Source: an uncultured Acidobacteriota bacterium
GTDB taxonomy: Bacteria; Acidobacteriota; Thermoanaerobaculia; Multivoradales; JAHEKO01
Assembly: GCA_963713825.1 (NCBI GenBank)
Contig: CAVQNG010000025.1
Location: forward strand, 736,001-800,000
Direction: 5' to 3'
Length of the DNA: 64,000 nucleotides
Position 1 is the first letter of the stretch, and each line of letters begins with the position of its first letter. Shown in pieces: positions 58,512-64,000 of the stretch. The notes beneath the pieces are model-generated. The model saw only the letters and a list, made by a program, of their open reading frames with translations, made no database searches and was not told where the DNA came from. The position numbers and the translations under genes were made by a program.

Positions 58512-58849
58512 CGATCGTTCCTCCTGGAGTCTGACTGAAAGGTGTTCGAAGCAGACCTGCGGTGGCCAGACTACCCCTAATCGGATCGTTGATCAAACCC
58601 CACCTGTCCGGGCGGGGTTCGAGCCTGCCTGAGAAGTCGTGGCGGCACCCCTCGGTAGATGAAACAATGCACTCCCAGTGCCGATCCACCCCTCGGTGGT
58701 AGAACCTCTTGCTTCGGACCCTCGTCGTCCTGCAGAGAGGTGAGCGGGTGAGGCCGGCGGCTTTGCGATGCTGTGGATTCTGAGATAATCGGCGGAGACT
58801 TTAGGTCCTGCCGCACGTCCGTGCTTCCAGACACAAGGAGACTGAACTC

Positions 58850-60499
58850 ATGAGCCCGACACCTGTGCCCCGTCCGATCGGAGAAGTCGCAGCGGATCTC
58901 GGAGTAAGACCCGAACACCTGGTGCCCTATGGCGATGACAAGGCGAAGATCCGGCCCGAAGCGCGAGACAGCGGCAGGGCGCCCGGCAAGCTGGTTCTGG
59001 TCTCGGCGATCACACCGACCAGCGCTGGAGAGGGCAAGACGACCACCTCGATCGGTCTGGCTCAGGGCATGGCCAAGATCGGCAAGCAAGTCTGTCTGGC
59101 GCTTCGTGAACCCTCTCTGGGACCGACATTCGGCTTGAAGGGGGGCGCCACAGGTGGCGGCAAGTCCGTTCTGGTGCCGACAGCCGACATCAATCTCCAT
59201 TTCACGGGTGACTTTCACGCCATCACCTCGGCCAACAATCTGCTCGCTGCGATCGTTGACAATCACATCTACCACGGCAAGAAGCCGAGGATCGATTCTC
59301 GGCAGGTCCTCTGGCGTCGGGTCATCGATCTCAACGACCGAGCCCTGCGCCACGTCGTGATCGGCCTTGGCGGCAAGCTGCAGGGTGTTCCCCGAGAGAC
59401 CGGCTTCGACATCACGCCGGCCTCCGAAATCATGGCTGTGCTCTGTCTCGCCGAGAACGAAAATGACCTCAGGGCACGTCTGGCCAGGCTGCTCGTGGCC
59501 TTTACCTACAGAAACGAGCCGGTAAAGGCCGCCGACCTGGAAGCCGTCGGCGCCATGATGGTTCTTCTGAGGGATGCGCTGATGCCGAATCTCGTGCAGA
59601 CAGGTGAGGGTGTTCCGGCGATGGTTCACGGTGGGCCCTTCGCCAACATCGCCCACGGCTGCAACTCGGTCATCGCCACCAAGATGGCCATGGCGTATAG
59701 CGATTGGACGATCACCGAAGCCGGATTCGGCTTCGATCTCGGGGCGGAGAAGTTCTTCGATATCAAGTGTGTTTCCGCCGGCCTCGATCCCGCCGCTGTC
59801 GTCTTGGTGGCAACGATCAGGGCGCTGAAGCGGCATGGAGGGGTGGCCAAGGCGGACTTGGACAAGCCGGATGCGCAGGCCGTCGAGCGTGGCCTGGGCA
59901 ATCTTCGCAAGCACGTCGAGAACATTCGCGCCTTTGGAGAAACCCCCGTGGTGGCCCTCAACAAGTTCGGTGCCGACACCCCTGACGAGATTGCGGTGGT
60001 GCGTGAGGCCTGCGAAGCCATGGGGGCTCCGTTTGCCGTGTCGGATATCTTCGACAAAGGAGGCGACGGCGGTGTCGAGTTGGCCGAAACCCTCGTCCAT
60101 CACGCCGAGAAGGCATCAGGTCCTTTCCGACCGCTCTACGATTGGTCGGAGCCGGTGAAGAACAAGATCGGCAAGATCGCTCGGTCCATGTATGGAGCCA
60201 GCGAAATCGCCTATACCAAGCCCGCGGAGCGCCAGCTCAAGAGGATCGAAGAGTTGGGCTACGACAACCTGCCGATCTGCATGGCCAAGACGCCGACCTC
60301 GCTGACGGACGATCCGACTCTAGCGGGGAGACCGACGGATTTCGGTATTACGGTGCGTGATTTCGTGGTCTCGGCCGGAGCCGGATTCGTGGTGCCGCTG
60401 CTGGGCGACATCATGCGTATGCCTGGCCTGCCGGTCACGCCGCAGGCGAGTCGGATGGATCTGGAGGATGGAGAAGTGAAGGGCCTGCTGGGAGGCTGA
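58850..60499 (+). CDS. fhs: Formate--tetrahydrofolate ligase
   Basis: TPTSAGEGKTT, KGGATGGG, INLHFTGD, HGGPFANIAHG, MPGLP. Confidence 0.97.
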   Translation: MSPTPVPRPIGEVAADLGVRPEHLVPYGDDKAKIRPEARDSGRAPGKLVLVSAITPTSAGEGKTTTSIGLAQGMAKIGKQVCLALREPSLGPTFGLKGGATGGGKSVLVPTADINLHFTGDFHAITSANNLLAAIVDNHIYHGKKPRIDSRQVLWRRVIDLNDRALRHVVIGLGGKLQGVPRETGFDITPASEIMAVLCLAENENDLRARLARLLVAFTYRNEPVKAADLEAVGAMMVLLRDALMPNLVQTGEGVPAMVHGGPFANIAHGCNSVIATKMAMAYSDWTITEAGFGFDLGAEKFFDIKCVSAGLDPAAVVLVATIRALKRHGGVAKADLDKPDAQAVERGLGNLRKHVENIRAFGETPVVALNKFGADTPDEIAVVREACEAMGAPFAVSDIFDKGGDGGVELAETLVHHAEKASGPFRPLYDWSEPVKNKIGKIARSMYGASEIAYTKPAERQLKRIEELGYDNLPICMAKTPTSLTDDPTLAGRPTDFGITVRDFVVSAGAGFVVPLLGDIMRMPGLPVTPQASRMDLEDGEVKGLLGG

Positions 60500-60514
60500 A
60501 GAAATAGATCAATC

Positions 60515-60538
60515 GGGGGGTCGTCCGCGACCCCCTTT
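60515..60538 (+). terminator. Probable terminator after fhs
   Basis: GGGGGTCG/CGACCCCC stem followed by TTT. Confidence 0.65.
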
Positions 60539-60558
60539 CATCGGTCAGCCTATCGAGA

Positions 60559-61035
60559 TCATTCGACCTGCACGGAGTCCAGATAGAGCACGAGCTCACG
60601 GATCTTCCGATGGGCCCGTTCTTCTGCCGTCTCGTCCCCGCCGGGAGGTTCCGCACCGGACGTCTGAAAGACGTCGCCCCACACCGGCATCTCCTTCATG
60701 CCGTGTCCGCGAATCTGCTCGCGGCCGTCGATAGACTTCATGACACGGTCGGCGGGAAACGTCCCGCCGCTCTCCTGGGTGAGGAGTGTCAGGTCGGTCG
60801 GTTGGACAGTCAGAAGCTCAGCCAACGTGCCGTCGCCCTTGGCTTTGGCGCCGTGACAGTTGATGCAGTAGACCCGATAGGTCACCCGTCCTTTGGCGAC
60901 CAGGAAGGCTGAGTCCTCGGTTGCACCGTCGGCGGGTCCGGCCACGGAAAGCACCAGGAGTATTGCGGCACACACGAGGATCGCGCCGCGCCCGGCGGCG
61001 AATAGGAATTGGCCACGGTCTTCGCGGTTTTTCAT
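60559..61035 (-). CDS. Monoheme c-type cytochrome
   Basis: Signal peptide, CINCHG, HG..EMPVWG distal Met. Confidence 0.92.
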   Translation of the reverse strand: MKNREDRGQFLFAAGRGAILVCAAILLVLSVAGPADGATEDSAFLVAKGRVTYRVYCINCHGAKAKGDGTLAELLTVQPTDLTLLTQESGGTFPADRVMKSIDGREQIRGHGMKEMPVWGDVFQTSGAEPPGGDETAEERAHRKIRELVLYLDSVQVE

Positions 61036-61321
61036 GGCTACCTCCCCCTCCTTGCAGGGTCTGTCGAGGTCCTATCTGTCTCAATACCGTAAGACTACTC
61101 CTCTGGCGTCGATTTCACAATGCAGCAGCCAAGGCTCCTGGCGGTTCTGTTGGCGGCCGGACTATTGAGCCTCGATGCCGTTTTCTGGCGGCGCACGAGG
61201 CTTCGGCGCAGGTCGACGTCTTGATCGCGAAGGAGGGTCGATCCATAATCTCCTGCACTTACTAGCGAACGGCCAGGCCTGCCACGAGCACCCCTGAGGC
61301 CGGAAGGAAGATCCGACGATC

Positions 61322-62389
61322 ATGCGACAGCTCATCGAAGAGATCGAAGCTTGGAGAAGACAGGGCTTCGGAGTGGCCTTGGCCACAGTAGTCAAGGTCT
61401 GGGGGTCGGCACCCCGCCCTCTGGGCTCGAAGATGGCAATCCGGGATGACGGGCAGATGGCTGGCTCGGTCAGCGGCGGCTGCATCGAGGCGGCAGTCTG
61501 TCAGGAAGCCGAGAGGGTGCTCGCTTCGAGTCAAAGTACTTTGGTGAGCTATGGAGTGGAGGACGAGGAGGCCTGGAGCCTGGGCCTGAGCTGTGGCGGT
61601 GAGATCGAAGTGTTCATCGAGAGGGTGCCTGAGGTGCAGGAGGTCATGCTGGAGGCGATTCGACGCTCTATCACGGACCAGGAGGAGTTAGTAGCGTTGG
61701 CGACTGTCGTGGCGGGCCCGGGCACTGGGTACCAGCTCTTGGTTTGGCCAGGCGGTCAGACGCTCGGTGATCTCGGTTCGCCGCGACTGAATCAGCGGGC
61801 TGCCCTCTACGCCGAACAGCTGATTCCTACCCAACAATGCGGCCGCAAGACCTTCGACCGCGAGGCTCACACGGTGGATGTCTTTTTCGAGGTTCTGGCA
61901 CCGCCCCCGAGATTGGTGGTCATTGGTGCGGTTCACGTTGCGGCCCACCTGATCGAGTTCGCGGGGGACCTCGGTTTCGAGACGATTCTGGTAGATCCAC
62001 GGTCGGCATTCTTGGAACAAGAGCGGTTTGCCAAAGCAGACCAACTCGTCGGGGCCTGGCCGCAGGAGGCTCTCTCGGAGGTTGGAATCGACGCGAGTAC
62101 TTTCGTCGCAGTGCTCAGCCACGACCCCAAAATCGACTTGCCGGCCATCGAATCGGCCCTGCGCAGCCCTGCCCGGTACATCGGAGTCCTCGGTTCGAAG
62201 AAATCACACCGGAAGAGGGTATCGACACTCTTGGAGAGGGGATTCTCTGACGAGGAACTGAGACGGTTGCACGCCCCCATTGGGCTCGATCTCGGTGGGC
62301 GTCGGGCGGTGGAGATCGCCCTGGCCATCGCTGCTCAGATGGTCGCGGTCCATCATGGCCAGTCAGGCTCTCCAAAGAATGCCGGATAG
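61322..62389 (+). CDS. xdhC: XdhC/CoxI-family molybdoenzyme maturation factor
   Basis: WGSAPR, GSVSGGCIE, GLSCGG, SHDPKID, APIGLDLG. Confidence 0.93.
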   Translation: MRQLIEEIEAWRRQGFGVALATVVKVWGSAPRPLGSKMAIRDDGQMAGSVSGGCIEAAVCQEAERVLASSQSTLVSYGVEDEEAWSLGLSCGGEIEVFIERVPEVQEVMLEAIRRSITDQEELVALATVVAGPGTGYQLLVWPGGQTLGDLGSPRLNQRAALYAEQLIPTQQCGRKTFDREAHTVDVFFEVLAPPPRLVVIGAVHVAAHLIEFAGDLGFETILVDPRSAFLEQERFAKADQLVGAWPQEALSEVGIDASTFVAVLSHDPKIDLPAIESALRSPARYIGVLGSKKSHRKRVSTLLERGFSDEELRRLHAPIGLDLGGRRAVEIALAIAAQMVAVHHGQSGSPKNAG

Positions 62390-62978
62390 CTCGACCGTCA
62401 CGGGTGTGCTGCTGGCTGCTGGCCCTTCACGGCGATTCATGGCGGCGGTGCCGAAACAGCTCTGGCCCATCGATGGCGAACCTCTCGTCGCGAGAGTCGC
62501 GAAGGCTGCCCTGGAATCGAGAGTCGCGGAGCTCATCGTAGTCGTCGGGCACGAGGCGGACCGGGTCTCTGACGTTCTGGCAGGGCTCAGGGTCAGAATC
62601 GTCGCCAACCCGGCATTCATGGAAGGTCAGGCCAGCTCTGTGAAGTCGGGTCTCTCGGCGATCGGTCTCGAGGCCTCGGGAGCGCTGTTCATCCCGGCGG
62701 ATCAACCGCTCCTCGGCTGCGACTTGATCGATCGGCTGATCCTGTCGTTCGAGGTCACCGGTGGGCCGATCGTGGTGCCAACCTTCGAGGGAGAACGAGG
62801 CGCACCTGTTCTCTTCGCTCGAAGTCTCTTTCATGAGTTGGCAGGGTTGGTGGGAGACGCAGGAGGGCGGCAGCTGTTCTCGCGTCACGCCGACAACGTT
62901 GTCGAGCTGCCACTCACGGACCCAGCTCCGCTGATAGATGTAGACACTCCGGAGGATCTGGAGAAGCTCGGTCTCTAG
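62379..62978 (+). CDS. MocA-like molybdenum cofactor nucleotidyltransferase
   Basis: [31 protein letters not shown]; ATG 62379 overlaps the xdhC end. Confidence 0.88.
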   Translation: MPDSSTVTGVLLAAGPSRRFMAAVPKQLWPIDGEPLVARVAKAALESRVAELIVVVGHEADRVSDVLAGLRVRIVANPAFMEGQASSVKSGLSAIGLEASGALFIPADQPLLGCDLIDRLILSFEVTGGPIVVPTFEGERGAPVLFARSLFHELAGLVGDAGGRQLFSRHADNVVELPLTDPAPLIDVDTPEDLEKLGL

Positions 62979-63613
62979 TCGGCTCGGGTGCCGAACATCC
63001 TGTCTCCAGCATCACCCAGCCCCGGCACGATATAGGCCCTCTCGTCCAGTCGTTCATCGACCGCGGCCGTTACGATGGGTACCTCCGGGTGGTGAGCGTG
63101 GAAGTTCGTGATGCCTTCCGGCGCGGCCAACAGGCTCACCACCTTGAGTGAGCGTGGTTCTTGCAGCTGGATCCGATCAACGGCAGCGACCGCCGTGTTG
63201 CCGGTCGCGAGCATCGGATCGACGAGCAGCACGTCTCGCTCGTGGAGGTCGCCTGGCAGTTTGAAGTAGTACTCGCTGGGGCTGTGTGTCGTCTCGTCTC
63301 GTCTCAGCCCGATGTGTCCCACTCTGGCCGACGGCAGGATATGCAGCATTCCGTCCAGGAGGCCCAGCCCGGCCCTCAGGACCCCAACCAGGACGATCTT
63401 CTTGCCATCCAGCAAGGGCGCCCGAGTTTTCGCCAATGGCGTCTCGATCTCGTGCAGAGTCAGCGGCAGGTCGCGGGTGACCTCGTACGCGAGCAGCATG
63501 CTGATCTCGGAGAGCAGGGCTCGGAACGAAGCGGTACAGGTCTGCTTCCTTCTCATCAGCGTCAGCTTGTGTTGAATGAGGGGATGGTCCACTACCGTAA
63601 CGCTGCCTTGCAT
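62975..63613 (-). CDS. upp: Uracil phosphoribosyltransferase
   Basis: [33 protein letters not shown]. Confidence 0.97.
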   Translation of the reverse strand: MQGSVTVVDHPLIQHKLTLMRRKQTCTASFRALLSEISMLLAYEVTRDLPLTLHEIETPLAKTRAPLLDGKKIVLVGVLRAGLGLLDGMLHILPSARVGHIGLRRDETTHSPSEYYFKLPGDLHERDVLLVDPMLATGNTAVAAVDRIQLQEPRSLKVVSLLAAPEGITNFHAHHPEVPIVTAAVDERLDERAYIVPGLGDAGDRMFGTRAD

Positions 63614-63655
63614 GGGTTCTCCTTGAAGTCTGTGGGCCAACGGCCACCGAAGATG

Positions 63656-64000
63656 CTACCGCATCGATTCGCCGGCCTTGCCTTCCGGCAGGCCGCCCAG
63701 ATCGAACGAACGGGCGAGGGTATCCGCAACGGCCAGGCCATCCAGCGTCGGTAGCAGACGGGATCGATCGATCGTCGCCAGTCCGCTCTCGACGAGTCGT
63801 TCGATCGTCACTCGGTTGCTCTCCCACAGCGCCGGCCCCAGTCCGTCGGGCAGGTCCGCGAAGTCGACTCCGGCGTAGGTTCTCAGTCCCATCATCAGAC
63901 GCTCGAGAACGAGACTTCCGGCGCCCAGTTCCTCATGGCTCTCGATGGGCAAACGGCCTTTTCCCAAAGGTGCCATCCAACCCTTGATCTTGCGAGCATT
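63656..64000 (-). CDS. hemW: C-terminal part of radical SAM heme chaperone HemW (truncated by window edge)
   Basis: Frame open to the window end; ERLMMGLRT..GVD and LLPTLDGLAVAD resemble the HemN_C region. Confidence 0.7.
   Translation of the reverse strand, partial: NARKIKGWMAPLGKGRLPIESHEELGAGSLVLERLMMGLRTYAGVDFADLPDGLGPALWESNRVTIERLVESGLATIDRSRLLPTLDGLAVADTLARSFDLGGLPEGKAGESMR

Noticed and set aside
58560-58690. Canonical glycine riboswitch
   Set aside because: The GGAGA and CCGAAG core motifs are not matched; kept only as a low-interest leader observation.
58700-58849. ZTP (pfl) or THF riboswitch upstream of fhs
   Set aside because: The conserved aptamer sequences were not found on the + strand.

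Overview
GC-rich bacterial chromosomal window. The gene content and protein style suggest Acidobacteriota, possibly Thermoanaerobaculia-like (inference). From left to right: (1) 1-9.6 kb is a sigma-54 module with two paralogous uncharacterised exported proteins, a PAS-type enhancer-binding protein, a ZraS/ZraR-like two-component pair, an outer-membrane barrel-like protein and two Gly-tailed exported proteins. It has two clear -24/-12 promoters that share tandem upstream sites. (2) About 9.7-9.9 kb is an unannotated, highly structured candidate ncRNA behind a near-consensus sigma-70 promoter overlapped by a CRP-type palindrome. (3) 10-24 kb holds a GT2, a flippase, an FAD oxidoreductase, folM/folB/folK, a frameshifted phytase-like/nuclease fusion, a class V PLP enzyme, an M14 deacylase and aceK. 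(4) 24-56 kb is a large surface-glycan locus: rmlACDB, a sulfotransferase/coiled-coil/GT4/GT2 giant, several GTs, wzm/wzt, an SGNH protein and five Thr-type sulfatase-like proteins. Embedded in it are three tandem signal-peptide-bearing S74-chaperone (tail-fibre-like) proteins with conserved leaders, a secreted beta-rich protein with strong expression signals, and a tiny lipoprotein carrying a DGFE-GD-W motif. (5) 56-64 kb is housekeeping: infC (AUU start), an ArcE/cDPGS-like ATPase, fhs, cytochrome c, xdhC, mocA-like, upp and partial hemW. No rRNA, tRNA, CRISPR array or mobile element was recognised. All family calls come from motif recognition by eye; no searches were run.
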